From: a virus
Lineage: Duplodnaviria > Caudoviricetes
Virus record (IMG/VR): IMGVR_UViG_3300045912_000306
Span: 1-56,296 of that record
Direction: 5' to 3' (one strand)
DNA length: 56,296 nucleotides
Shown: positions 18,383 to 28,326 of the stretch, piece after piece
Position numbering within the stretch: position 1 is the stretch's first letter
How the letters are laid out: every line of letters begins with the position of its first letter
Translations under genes and position numbers: made by a program
Notes under the pieces: generated by a model
Seen by the model: only the letters and a program-made list of their open reading frames with translations
Told to the model about the DNA's origin: nothing
Databases searched by the model: none

Positions 18383-18492
18383 TACCGAGAACGTACTGGG
18401 TTCAAGGTAAGGAAAAAGGTCCAAAGAGATATTGCCAATCCCAGCCTTTGGTAAGCAACAGGAGTGACCTTGAACCCAAAACGTTCCCGGTA
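18383..18492 (-). other. Long stem-loop in the scaffold/capsid leader
   Basis: TACCG-GAACGT-TGGGTTCAAGGT pairs with ACCTTGAACCCA-ACGTTC-CGGTA; inner CCAAAG/CTTTGG. Confidence 0.7.
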
Positions 18493-18544
18493 CGTAAATA
18501 TTAATATGTCAAATGCCCTAAGTTCCTAACTCAAAGGCATGCTA

Positions 18545-18745
18545 TTAACAAATTCCATAAAAATCATTCGAATCGTCAATAATGTCTTGTAATTTGTTAT
18601 TTTGTTTTGATAATGTTATTCTTTTTCCGTATAAATCCATGGGGACAACGTCAAAATAACTATTGAAGCCAGAATGTTGTTTGTTAAAATTATCTATTTG
18701 GTCAGAACTAACTTTAATTTGTATTTTTTGGGACATATTTTTCAT
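18545..18745 (-). CDS. Hypothetical protein
   Basis: ORF just downstream of a TTGACA promoter (18780-18785). Confidence 0.4.
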   Translation of the reverse strand: MKNMSQKIQIKVSSDQIDNFNKQHSGFNSYFDVVPMDLYGKRITLSKQNNKLQDIIDDSNDFYGIC

Positions 18746-18877
18746 AATTTATTACAGTACTAACATAACCATTTTTTTTTGTCAATAGGCGTGGCTTAAT
18801 ACCAAGTATTTTTGCAATGCGAATCTTACTAAAATACTTTGGATATATTCTTCTTCCTTTGTAGTTTTTTCTACTCA

Positions 18878-19027
18878 TTATCTTCCAAATCTTGTTTTCA
18901 ATCTCGGTCTTAAAACCCTTTCTTTTCTTAATGGTCTTTTAAAACTAGGCGTAACAACCCTTCCAGTCCTAATAATTCTACCGTACGGGGTTGTTTTTAT
19001 TCCAAACCTTTTAATTAACTGTCTCAT
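18878..19027 (-). CDS. Small Arg/Lys-rich protein (MRQLIKRFG...), not in ORF track
   Basis: 49-aa ORF starting 1 nt after the portal stop codon. Confidence 0.4.
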   Translation of the reverse strand: MRQLIKRFGIKTTPYGRIIRTGRVVTPSFKRPLRKERVLRPRLKTRFGR

Positions 19028-19028
19028 A

Positions 19029-21185
19029 TTATTCTCCCGTTGTTAAGGGTGGAGTAGGAACCACGCCAGGGACACGGTTACCAGATATCGATGACATACC
19101 TGATGGTGCCATTGGCACAGTAACACTACTGCCACCCATCACGTCCATCGATGCCGTTTCATTATCATTAGCACCCACCATTGACATGTCTGTTAAATTA
19201 CTTACTCCTCCACCAGTAACCTGACCAGATTCCATTAAATTTATGTGTTCACTCATGTGATCAAGGTATAGTACTTTGTTTTTGGTTTTTTCCAATCCAT
19301 CTCTGTGAACAGCAAGATGAAGTTCGTGGTCATCTTCTACCTGAACTGGTTGTGGATTTCCAGCATCCATAAGCTCATTTTCGGCAAGAGCAAGGGACTC
19401 TTCATCAACACCCTTTCTGGCAATCAGCAAATCCTTTGCCATCGGTTGAGACTGTCTTAGCTGAATAAGTCTTTCTCTGCGGGTGTTCTCCGTAATTTCA
19501 TCAACATTTCCGAACTCTAGATGTTCAAGCAATGTCTTTTGGTCTATAGCACCAAGCCTAAACAACTCTTTAAGCTCTTGTTGTCTTGCTTGTTTAGTAT
19601 ATGCCAACCAACTTCCAACAGTTACCCTTACATCGGTATCTGTTCCTATTATGGCAATTGGCAGATTCATTGAACCAAAGGTGTTTTTATTTTTTCTAAT
19701 AAGAGATTTTGCGGTTGGTGATTGATAACCAACAATATAAAAGTAATCTGGTTCTCCTCCCTTTCCAACAACTTTTGCAAGCTTTGCTGTTGTGTAGTGT
19801 TTGGAAATTATTCTAAAAATTTGTCTGGCAGCTCTAATTAAGAAATCTTCCAATGCATCAACAAGGTCATCTTGAGACGTAGCATCTGCCTGCTTTAATT
19901 CTGCAATTCCAACACCAGATTTAACTCCAGCTGGAATTCTACCCAAAGAAACCTCGTGGAGACCACCTATATCCTCAAGATACTGACGCATGTTTGAAAT
20001 CTGTTGGAAAGTTGACATTGGCAATGGTGCTATTGGAAGATTTGTTACAGTATAACCAGGGTTTTTTTCAATTATCTGTCCATTTTCATTAACAACAGAC
20101 CTGACTCCAGAACCTTTATCTATTACAAATCTTCCTCTGGCAAAGAAATGATTATATTCAAAAACATGGCTTTCTAAAGCGTCAAGAACCCTATTGATTG
20201 GCATAATTTGTTTAGCCCAAGACTCACCATATATTTCCAACGGCTGAATATCTGCCTGGAATATTTCATAGTTAAATGTGTCATCATCTGTTAATTCATT
20301 TCTTAGAGGAAACTCTGAATCTTCTGTAAAGGTTACAATCCTAATTTTCACCGTTCCGTCATCCTGATATTCTTTCATTTGAAGTTCATTTAGGATTGTA
20401 TATTCATTTTCATCATTTAGACTGGGTGATGCCTCATCCGCATTTTTAATAGCTCTCATCAGGAATTGTTTGTATTCAGAATTTGCAAGCCTGCTATCAG
20501 CTTTGATTGTCTCTGTATTCTTGTAAATTGGGTTTTTCTTTATTTCTTTTAGAGGCTTTCTAACAGATTTAATGACATATTGGGCTTCTTCAAAAGAGGT
20601 TGCGTTTGGGTCAATATACAAATCAAACGGGTCAACTACTCTTATAGAAACCTCTCCCTCTCCTCCATTTGCTGTTTGGTCCCAATCAAATTGCCATATT
20701 CCGATAGAAGTATAAAGTCCATGGTAGATTATTTCTTTTAATTTTCTCTTTAACAATAATTTTTCATATAAATAATCAAGCGTTTTTTCACTATATTTGG
20801 CGTTTTCTTTTGCTGATTCTGTTGTCTTGTTTGGGAGACATTCCCATTTTGGTCTAAAAGAAGTGACCTGATTTCTAATTGCTCTTGCCTGTGCCCACAT
20901 CAGGTTAATTGGAATCCTAACCTTTGTCTTTGTTCCAAGAACAAAGGTGCTGTTTACTCTATTAAATTTTGCAAAGTGGTATCCTCGCAGGTAAAGATTT
21001 CTCACCAACCACTCCCAGTCATATTGCCTTCTTGCCGCCTGTGCGGAAGCAAGAAGTTTTTTTGCCATAAGAACAATGTTTTTTTCTTTTTCAATTTTCG
21101 ACTGAAGCTCCTTTACTTCATCAGAAATCTTTTTGTCTTTCTTTTTGTCGCTATCGCCTATTATCTTTGGTTTTCTTGTTGCCAT
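19029..21185 (-). CDS. Portal protein
   Basis: 718 aa between terminase and scaffold; VDPFDLYIDP, SGVGIAEL and DDHELHL motifs. Confidence 0.85.
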   Translation of the reverse strand: MATRKPKIIGDSDKKKDKKISDEVKELQSKIEKEKNIVLMAKKLLASAQAARRQYDWEWLVRNLYLRGYHFAKFNRVNSTFVLGTKTKVRIPINLMWAQARAIRNQVTSFRPKWECLPNKTTESAKENAKYSEKTLDYLYEKLLLKRKLKEIIYHGLYTSIGIWQFDWDQTANGGEGEVSIRVVDPFDLYIDPNATSFEEAQYVIKSVRKPLKEIKKNPIYKNTETIKADSRLANSEYKQFLMRAIKNADEASPSLNDENEYTILNELQMKEYQDDGTVKIRIVTFTEDSEFPLRNELTDDDTFNYEIFQADIQPLEIYGESWAKQIMPINRVLDALESHVFEYNHFFARGRFVIDKGSGVRSVVNENGQIIEKNPGYTVTNLPIAPLPMSTFQQISNMRQYLEDIGGLHEVSLGRIPAGVKSGVGIAELKQADATSQDDLVDALEDFLIRAARQIFRIISKHYTTAKLAKVVGKGGEPDYFYIVGYQSPTAKSLIRKNKNTFGSMNLPIAIIGTDTDVRVTVGSWLAYTKQARQQELKELFRLGAIDQKTLLEHLEFGNVDEITENTRRERLIQLRQSQPMAKDLLIARKGVDEESLALAENELMDAGNPQPVQVEDDHELHLAVHRDGLEKTKNKVLYLDHMSEHINLMESGQVTGGGVSNLTDMSMVGANDNETASMDVMGGSSVTVPMAPSGMSSISGNRVPGVVPTPPLTTGE

Positions 21186-21190
21186 ATTTA

Positions 21191-21496
21191 TTATTTTTCA
21201 GCCCTAGCCCTAGCTTCTGCTGGGGTTTCAGGGCTCCCCTCATATTCTATCTTAAATTCTTTAGGAATTTCCATAAAAGGAATTTCTCCAAGCATAATTT
21301 CATTAGGATTGTCGTTTGTTATTTGGTTTTCCTCTGGTTTTTCTCTTTTAACAAGAGGTTCTTTAATTATCTTTTGAACAACAGGAGACTTGATTTTGTT
21401 TTCAAGTTCCCTGATATGAAGGTCGTGTTCCCTCTCTCTCCACACGAGAAAACCCAACAAAAAGACAATTACAACCAATAAAATTATTTCAGTCAT
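21191..21496 (-). CDS. Membrane-anchored hypothetical protein
   Basis: N-terminal TM helix. Confidence 0.6.
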   Translation of the reverse strand: MTEIILLVVIVFLLGFLVWREREHDLHIRELENKIKSPVVQKIIKEPLVKREKPEENQITNDNPNEIMLGEIPFMEIPKEFKIEYEGSPETPAEARARAEK

Positions 21497-21497
21497 A

Positions 21498-21740
21498 TTA
21501 AATAATTAAATAAGAATCCATGTCATCAATTATTGAATCTGCCAAATTTTTGCTGTTTGAACCTTTTTTGTTTTTAATGGCATCGGGGAGCGTCTCAACA
21601 AAAGACCTAATATCATTTATTTTTTCTTCTTTTGTTTTTCCTGAAAAATTTTGGAGAATTTCATAAACATCTTGTCTAGTAACTTTACCAGCTGATTCAA
21701 TATCGGATTTAATTTGGGCAAGGCTTCTATAATCTAACAT
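21498..21740 (-). CDS. Hypothetical protein
   Basis: Packed ORF. Confidence 0.55.
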   Translation of the reverse strand: MLDYRSLAQIKSDIESAGKVTRQDVYEILQNFSGKTKEEKINDIRSFVETLPDAIKNKKGSNSKNLADSIIDDMDSYLII

Positions 21741-21779
21741 ACCTTAATCAAACTAACATTATAGCACATTATTTGTCAA

Positions 21780-22319
21780 TTATTTTTTGACACCAGCATT
21801 TTCCAGCACTTGAACATCTTCTACCTCTTCTTGCACGGGTTGAGTAAGCTTTTTTAAATCTTCGTCTGTAATTCCTTTAATGCCAATAATTGTAATGTTT
21901 TGCTGTTGTGGTTGAACTTTTTCGCTCCAATCTTCAATTGATTGTAACCAAAGCTTTACTTCAGCAGCCTCACCACGAGTAGATGCATTTCTAAATAAAC
22001 CATAAATAACATCACTTGTTTTATCTTTAGCCCATTCTCTACGGAAGCTAGCAACCATTTCCCAAAACTTTTGTTTTCTTTTCCATATAGATAAAGTTGC
22101 TTCTGTTACTCCCCATTTTTTAGCCCATTCTTTTTGTGTTTTTGGTTCCCTAAGTGGAGTTGGTAAAGACGCCCATTTGCAATATTCATAAAATAACTCC
22201 AATTTACGCATTGGATATTTTTCATGAGGACGACCACGTTGAGAACTAACAATTTTAACCTTTAATGGAAAGGCATATCTGCTAATAGGCATTCTCTTAT
22301 ATTTCTTAATTTTGGGCAT
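21780..22319 (-). CDS. HTH protein, probable terminase small subunit
   Basis: PKTQKEWAKKWGVTEATLSIWK HTH and AAEVKLWLQ, next to the large subunit. Confidence 0.65.
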   Translation of the reverse strand: MPKIKKYKRMPISRYAFPLKVKIVSSQRGRPHEKYPMRKLELFYEYCKWASLPTPLREPKTQKEWAKKWGVTEATLSIWKRKQKFWEMVASFRREWAKDKTSDVIYGLFRNASTRGEAAEVKLWLQSIEDWSEKVQPQQQNITIIGIKGITDEDLKKLTQPVQEEVEDVQVLENAGVKK

Positions 22320-22518
22320 TTTGTTTATCTTGTCTTACAGACACCTCCTCAGAAAAGGTTACAACTTGAACTTTACCGTGTTTAATCAAAATTTTCAAGT
22401 TAACAGCACCAAAACCATATGTGGTAGCAATTTGTTTTATTCTACCGTCCATAACCTTAACAATATCAGACCAAAATTCTAGTGGCTGAAATAATTCTTC
22501 TTTAAGTTTATTCTCCAT
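22306..22518 (-). CDS. Small hypothetical protein
   Basis: GFGAVNLKILIKHGKV motif; overlaps both neighbours. Confidence 0.55.
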   Translation of the reverse strand: MENKLKEELFQPLEFWSDIVKVMDGRIKQIATTYGFGAVNLKILIKHGKVQVVTFSEEVSVRQDKQNAQN

Positions 22519-23950
22519 AGAATTGTCCTAATACAGGATCTCCTTCCTTATCTAACGGTTTAGCAAAAATGCTTTCACTATCTTCTTCGTTAAAGAAACT
22601 TCTTCTCATAACAACTTCTTCTTTTTTAGGCGTTGACGGCCATCTTGTCATTATCATATATCTTAGAGCATCAACTGTGTGATCATCAATATCTGCCGTC
22701 TTTTCAAGAGGATTCCTTCCAGAAAAAGTATTAACTTTTCTCCAATGATATTTTGTTATTTCATCAATTGTTTTTACACAATTTCTAAATATAAATAATT
22801 TGGGAGCACCAAGTTTGTCTTTAATAATTGGGTGCGGTCTATCTGGAATAACCTTTAGATATTCTTTAATTCTGTTTATGCTAGCCGACACATCATTATT
22901 TCCTGGAACTGGGTACAACCCACAATCGTTATATTCCTGAATAACAGAAAAAGGGAATCCGTCTTTCTCTCTTGTCTTTGCTTGAGTTGATGGGTCAATA
23001 ACTATTAAAGATATTTTTTGTCTTCCAGTAATTTCTTTTATTTTTCTTGCGTGATAAGAAACTGGTTTTCCAGCTTCGTAGTGCTCATTGTATATGAACA
23101 AATTTCCCTCTTTATCAATAGCGCCCCACAAAGCAGCTGTTGGATTAACAAGACCATGATCGATAGATATTATTTTTTCCCAAGAATCTGGTATATCAAA
23201 TGGGTCTATAACATGAACTTTCTTATCAAATTCAAGAAAGACTTGCCCCTCAAACACGTCCCAAGAACCATACAAATATCTTTTAATCATTTCTGGCGAA
23301 TAAGAAGACTCCATTGATTTTATATATTCTTCAGGAAGATTTTTCTTGTTGTCGTAAGTTGTCGCTTCAACATAGAAAGAGTTTTTTAATTTATCTGGGC
23401 TGTCTGGATGAAAGTTTTTCCACAACCAATTATGACCAGCTGGGTTACAAATAAGAAAACCATACCTTCTTGGAACTTCATTTTTTCTCAAACGGGATTG
23501 CAAAATACTAAAAACTGTTTCTGGAATTTCCTCTGCTTGGTCAATGGCAAACCAACCAAGATTAAGTGAGAGTAGTTCTTTTTCTGAAATGCTATCAAGA
23601 TGTCTAAATATTATTTCAGAACCATTATAAAGTTTGAGATAATTTTCTGATTTATTCCACACGCCACCATTTTCTGGAGCATACCAATCTGAAGGGCAAA
23701 AATCAAAAAATGTTTTTTGTGTTGTATCTCTAAGTTCTGGATAAGTCAATCTTCCTATCAAACCAAAATTACCGGGCATTATTTGAGATATAAGAATTGC
23801 TTTCATAACTAAGGCAACTGTTTTTCCAGAACCAAAACCACCAGAAAACAAAGAAAAAGTGTGATTGTCAAAAACAAACTTCTTTTGCGGTTCAAGAAGT
23901 TCAATATGTTTTAAATTTGACAGCGTGATGTCTTTTTTTATTTCTTCCAT
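22508..23950 (-). CDS. terL: Terminase large subunit
   Basis: Walker A GGFGSGKT, Walker B variant IDQAEE, CNP, nuclease IDHG and DDHTVDALRY. Confidence 0.95.
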   Translation of the reverse strand: MEEIKKDITLSNLKHIELLEPQKKFVFDNHTFSLFSGGFGSGKTVALVMKAILISQIMPGNFGLIGRLTYPELRDTTQKTFFDFCPSDWYAPENGGVWNKSENYLKLYNGSEIIFRHLDSISEKELLSLNLGWFAIDQAEEIPETVFSILQSRLRKNEVPRRYGFLICNPAGHNWLWKNFHPDSPDKLKNSFYVEATTYDNKKNLPEEYIKSMESSYSPEMIKRYLYGSWDVFEGQVFLEFDKKVHVIDPFDIPDSWEKIISIDHGLVNPTAALWGAIDKEGNLFIYNEHYEAGKPVSYHARKIKEITGRQKISLIVIDPSTQAKTREKDGFPFSVIQEYNDCGLYPVPGNNDVSASINRIKEYLKVIPDRPHPIIKDKLGAPKLFIFRNCVKTIDEITKYHWRKVNTFSGRNPLEKTADIDDHTVDALRYMIMTRWPSTPKKEEVVMRRSFFNEEDSESIFAKPLDKEGDPVLGQFYGE

Positions 23951-24219
23951 ATTTTTTCAACCTTTTTTCTAAACTCCTCCCACTTTTCATCTGAAACCAG
24001 CTCCTCTTTCTTTTCTCCAGCTTCTAATTGATTTTTTATTTGTTTTGAATGCAAAACAACGCTTTCTATATGAGAAATCGAAATTATATCACCCCTAAAA
24101 GTCTTAAACCACCTATCCCCATTCTTCATTGCTATTTCAAGTTTAGATTTTTCTACCTCGTTAATAACAAACTCTTTTCTATTAATGGTAATAATCCATT
24201 GTTCTTTATTCTGAAGCAT
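23938..24219 (-). CDS. Hypothetical protein
   Basis: Overlapping coupled ORF. Confidence 0.55.
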   Translation of the reverse strand: MLQNKEQWIITINRKEFVINEVEKSKLEIAMKNGDRWFKTFRGDIISISHIESVVLHSKQIKNQLEAGEKKEELVSDEKWEEFRKKVEKIWKK

Positions 24220-24913
24220 CGATAAATCCCCCTTTCTTAATTCTAAACCTTTCTTTTTCGATTATTTTAATGGCATCTTTTTTTACAAAGTTTCTAAGAG
24301 CCGCCAGATAATTCTTGTAACGCCTTCCCGTACTTTCACAATAATTTATTAAATCATCTAATTTGCTTTTAACAAACGACAAAGGTACTTTGTAGTTCTC
24401 TGATATTTTAATAAGATCTTCTTCTGTTATGTCTTTAAGTGATTTTTGGTGGTTGTATATATTATTAATAATATGTGTTTCCTTCTTATGTGTATCCTTA
24501 ATAGGTCTGTAGTGTCCTGTGGTTTGGTCTGAAATGTCCTGTGGTTTTTCCAGAGGACTCTCATGTCCTGTGGGTTTCCAAACACTTTTATCAAGAAGAA
24601 AATATGTATTTCTAAGCCACTTTCCATCAGACGACCTTGTCTTCTCATAGTGAATTATGTTATATTCCCGAAGCTTCTTAATAGCCCTCTGGACTGTTTT
24701 AGTTGAAATTCCGTGTTCCTCTGCTATTAGTTTTAATGAAGGAAAACACTGTTGCGTCTTATCTGAGTGTCTGCAAAGTGAAATATAAACTGCTGTAGTT
24801 GCAAGCCCCATGTGTTTTGCATAAATACTCAAATACAAATCGTCTACTTGAAATTTCTCTTTTTGTCTTAAATCTCTGATAGTTAAGGCACGCATATTGT
24901 TATTTTTAGACAA
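24206..24913 (-). CDS. HTH replication initiator (lambda O-like layout)
   Basis: CFPSLKLIAEEHGISTKTVQRAIKKL HTH, central iterons, C-terminal YKNYLAALRNF. Start uncertain. Confidence 0.75.
   Translation of the reverse strand: MSKNNNMRALTIRDLRQKEKFQVDDLYLSIYAKHMGLATTAVYISLCRHSDKTQQCFPSLKLIAEEHGISTKTVQRAIKKLREYNIIHYEKTRSSDGKWLRNTYFLLDKSVWKPTGHESPLEKPQDISDQTTGHYRPIKDTHKKETHIINNIYNHQKSLKDITEEDLIKISENYKVPLSFVKSKLDDLINYCESTGRRYKNYLAALRNFVKKDAIKIIEKERFRIKKGGFIDASE
24513..24573. repeat. Three TGTCCTGTGG iterons (putative origin)
   Basis: Copies at 24513, 24535 and 24564 inside the initiator gene, next to an AT-rich tract. Confidence 0.65.
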
Positions 24914-25002
24914 ATATAGACCGTTTTTATTATTTTGTCAAGCATTTTGATTGTGTGTTTCTACCATCTGTATTTTTTGTGTATGTGGTGTCAATATCCA
25001 AA

Positions 25003-25251
25003 CTAAGGCAACGTTGGATTTTCGTCTGGGTGAAAAATCAAAACTGCAGTATTTCCGTTTCTAATTTCTTTTTTAATTATTCCCCAACCCACAAAAGCAC
25101 TGCCCAAACTTTCATCTCCAAGAAAAATTTCCTCGTAATCATCAGGTTTTAAATCAATTTGGTAGTCTGGGTTTGTCAGTCTTGCAACAACAAAATTCTT
25201 TCTTGGACAACCCTCTGAAACTCCAAGAATTAAATTAGGCCTTTCTTTCAT
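25003..25251 (-). CDS. Hypothetical protein; start reassigned to MKERP
   Basis: ATG start; upstream extension overlaps hairpins. Confidence 0.45.
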   Translation of the reverse strand: MKERPNLILGVSEGCPRKNFVVARLTNPDYQIDLKPDDYEEIFLGDESLGSAFVGWGIIKKEIRNGNTAVLIFHPDENPTLP

Positions 25252-25325
25252 GGCTAAAGCTGGCTTGAGTGGGTATGGATTCAATCCATGCCACCCTGCT
25301 TGTAGGTGGTCCTACACAGCCCCAG

Positions 25326-26288
25326 CTAACTTAGGTTATTCCAATTTTTAACCGCTTTCAAGATGTCTGACAAAACCTCAACGGATTTTTCGTCTTTGTA
25401 AATTAAAACTGAAGCCCCATACATTTCATTGGGAGTTTGTCTTACAAATCCTTGCCTGTCTCCGTATTCATCTCCTGTCTTGTAAGGTCCAATAGAGATG
25501 TGGGTTATCATTCTTGAACCACCAAAAGTTCTAATTGCTTCTTGGGCTATTTGTTTTTGGTGGGTATGGGCAGACACATAAATATCCGCTCCCTGTAAAT
25601 TGAATCTAGCTTCTCTAAAAGTGGGGTGGTTCTTATTATACATACTATGACCTCGCATTTTATGTGCCACAACTAATTTATAAATTTGGTCTCCTACTTC
25701 AATCTCTACTTCTCCCGTTCCTCTTATATAGGGTGCACCTGAAACCTCATAAAGGATTGAGTATGGGTCTTGCCCTGTTTTTGAAGCCCACTTCGAACAA
25801 TGCTCCCCGCTTACACCAAACAAAATCTTTCCCCTCATTTCTCTAAATAAAGCTCTTAAAAACTGATGTTGCTCATTTAAGTTAGCTGATTGTTCCGCCT
25901 GTGATGTTCCACCCCAATAAATCCCGTCGAGTAAATCTCCCATAAAAACTACATAATGGTTGGGTGAGTTTTTGATTGCTGTTAATTCTTGGTTAATTCT
26001 TTTATAATCCGTATCTGGGTGTCCGTAATGTAAATCTCCCATAAAGTGAATTACCGAAGTGTTAAAAAGTCTAATTCCTAATTTTCCCTCTTTAATGGGT
26101 GAAATCTCCTTCATCATTTCTGCTCTTTTTTGTGCTTGCTGAAGTAATTTATTGAGGTCGGGAGGAGATATTAGAGGGGTAGTATAAACTGGTGGCAACT
26201 CCCCATTCAGAGCCATTTCTCTTTTAATCTGGTCATGGCTCTTGAATGAATTTTCATTTGGGCTGGTAAAAATTCCGAATTCTTTCAT
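25326..26288 (-). CDS. Calcineurin-like metallophosphoesterase
   Basis: GDLHYG, GDLLD, GEH (GNH variant), VAH and AHTH motifs. Confidence 0.85.
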   Translation of the reverse strand: MKEFGIFTSPNENSFKSHDQIKREMALNGELPPVYTTPLISPPDLNKLLQQAQKRAEMMKEISPIKEGKLGIRLFNTSVIHFMGDLHYGHPDTDYKRINQELTAIKNSPNHYVVFMGDLLDGIYWGGTSQAEQSANLNEQHQFLRALFREMRGKILFGVSGEHCSKWASKTGQDPYSILYEVSGAPYIRGTGEVEIEVGDQIYKLVVAHKMRGHSMYNKNHPTFREARFNLQGADIYVSAHTHQKQIAQEAIRTFGGSRMITHISIGPYKTGDEYGDRQGFVRQTPNEMYGASVLIYKDEKSVEVLSDILKAVKNWNNLS

Positions 26289-26521
26289 CGTCCTTGTACA
26301 ATTCTAATTTCGTGATTTGGGAACTTTTTGTCATGCTCGGTTGCGATTTTCATAGCTTCATTTAATTGGGATTCTGATAACTCTGGGGCTTCTTCTCCAT
26401 ATCCGTTATGAGCTTGGTAAATTATCTTTTCTCCAAAGTGAGGACTTCTGCAATCATCGTGCGTACACATTACTTCAATAAATGTTGCCCCTAAATTTAG
26501 GTATTCTCTATCTCGTATCAT
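26285..26521 (-). CDS. Hypothetical protein
   Basis: ATGA overlap with the phosphoesterase gene. Confidence 0.55.
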   Translation of the reverse strand: MIRDREYLNLGATFIEVMCTHDDCRSPHFGEKIIYQAHNGYGEEAPELSESQLNEAMKIATEHDKKFPNHEIRIVQGR

Positions 26522-26603
26522 GCTTAGATTGACATAATTTGATATAATAAATTACCAGTGGTCGGGCTGGCATTCTTTGAGAGAGTGAACCCAGCCCGTA
26601 AAA

Positions 26604-26846
26604 CTAGTATTTAGTCTCCGAAACAAACTTCCTGAAAAAGTCAAGTAAAACATTCACAACATATAAAACCATCGCCCCAGTTACTATTTGATTAGGAACT
26701 AAATCATTTAATGAAAAGCCGTCTTTTTGTATTTCCCCTGCAACAAAACTCAAATAAATTGTTGCCAATGGTGCAAAAAATATTAGTGCATTGGTTGTCA
26801 CTTTTTGAATGTCATTTTTTGTTATCTGAAATCTCTTGCTTACCAT
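26604..26846 (-). CDS. Holin-like membrane protein
   Basis: 80 aa, two TM helices, downstream of endolysin, GGAGGTG SD. Confidence 0.65.
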   Translation of the reverse strand: MVSKRFQITKNDIQKVTTNALIFFAPLATIYLSFVAGEIQKDGFSLNDLVPNQIVTGAMVLYVVNVLLDFFRKFVSETKY

Positions 26847-27015
26847 CTAAACCACCTCCAATCAAACTTTCGATGTACTCTTTTCTTTTTTTGTGAAAAT
26901 CGACGAAAGTACCACTTCGTAAATCCCTCAATACCCACAAACTTATCAAGTAATCTTCCAAAAGCTCGGCGGGTATTTTGGATAAATCTATTTCTTTTTT
27001 TTTCGACTCGTTCTT

Positions 27016-28002
27016 TCATCGCTTAAAAATTGCTCTAATCAACTCCATTATAGTAAATCTTTTTAGATTTGCATCTACCTTTTCTTGCAAGTCTTTATTT
27101 TTCATTTCTAATTCGGATATTTTTTTGTTTAGATTTTCAATATCAGAATTGGCTTTGTCTAATTGAATAGTTAATATCTTATTTTTATATTCAAATTCCC
27201 CCCTCTCTCTATCTGCTGTAAAATACTTTTTTTCTAAATCATCAAATTTTTCTGAAAGTTTTAAATTCTTTTCAATTAAACCCCCTATTTCTGTTGCTCT
27301 ATCCCCCAAAGATACATTAACTGATTTTAATTGTTCTTTTAATTCACTAATTTCGTTATCATATTTAACTGCTTTGTCCCAAAAAGCCCTAAACTCTCCC
27401 TCCCTATCTAAAGACAATCCTCTTTCATCTAAAAGAGTCTTGAACCATGCTGGTATTCCTTGTTGGACTTCACCGCTCCAGAATGGAAGAATTTTGTCGT
27501 AAGCCCTAAAAGTATAAACCGCTCTTTTTACTCCTCCGTAAACATCTAAATTGATTTCACTTCCTGTCCAGGGGTCAGCCGCAAAGAAAACATCATCTTT
27601 TGACTCATCGTATCCGTGTACCAAAACAAAGTGCATTTCCTCAGCAGTAGTAGCTGGGTTAAAATCAATCTCACAAATTAAAGGTCTTCCTTCATCAATT
27701 AAAGATTTCATCTTGGCTATTCCCTGAGGTGTTACTGCATCATTGTATCGAGGAGAAGTATAAACATTATTTAATCCTAAAATTGAAGTTTTGCCCCAGA
27801 TTAAATTACCACTTCCTGCAGTAAATAATTCTTTTCTGTTGTTTATTTCGTTGGGATAAATTCCTAAATAAGTAGCTAGACAAGTAATCAAGCACCCGTG
27901 AGAACCAATTGTATATTTGGGAGAAGTATTGTTGCCTAATATGATAGAAGCCCATCGTGGGTCTCTTTGAGAAAAAATCTCTTTTAGTTGTAGTTTTCTC
28001 AT
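27016..28002 (-). CDS. Endolysin: C39-like cysteine peptidase plus coiled coil
   Basis: FSQRDPRW, GCLITC, HFVLVHGY and DPW motifs. Confidence 0.8.
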   Translation of the reverse strand: MRKLQLKEIFSQRDPRWASIILGNNTSPKYTIGSHGCLITCLATYLGIYPNEINNRKELFTAGSGNLIWGKTSILGLNNVYTSPRYNDAVTPQGIAKMKSLIDEGRPLICEIDFNPATTAEEMHFVLVHGYDESKDDVFFAADPWTGSEINLDVYGGVKRAVYTFRAYDKILPFWSGEVQQGIPAWFKTLLDERGLSLDREGEFRAFWDKAVKYDNEISELKEQLKSVNVSLGDRATEIGGLIEKNLKLSEKFDDLEKKYFTADRERGEFEYKNKILTIQLDKANSDIENLNKKISELEMKNKDLQEKVDANLKRFTIMELIRAIFKR

Positions 28003-28325
28003 CGACTTATTTTATCACTTTTATTGTCCTCGTCAAAAACAGACTTCCAAAAAAGGCAACCTGTAATAGCTACTGGCGTAGTAAAAATAAATGAGTATTT
28101 TGTTAGAAAAAGATAACTCTCCAAACTAAAAATTCTTACTATTGGGAAAACGCTTATATAGATAAAAAAAATTCCACAGAAAATAAAAAATATAACCATA
28201 CTAGAAATAATCTTGCTTCTTTTTACTCTTAAGAAATTGGCTTGATTGTAAGAGAACGCCAAATAAAGAAAGACAAAAGCAGACACCAAAGTGGGTATTG
28301 CTCGTAAAGAGTACAATGTTTCCAT
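27999..28325 (-). CDS. Three-TM membrane protein (lysis cassette)
   Basis: Hydrophobic helices; overlaps the endolysin start. Confidence 0.55.
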   Translation of the reverse strand: METLYSLRAIPTLVSAFVFLYLAFSYNQANFLRVKRSKIISSMVIFFIFCGIFFIYISVFPIVRIFSLESYLFLTKYSFIFTTPVAITGCLFWKSVFDEDNKSDKISR

Positions 28326-28326
28326 T

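Noticed and set aside
26550-26598. tRNA or attP remnant (stem followed by ACCA on the minus strand)
   Set aside because: No D, anticodon or T arms and no integrase. Kept only as a hairpin.
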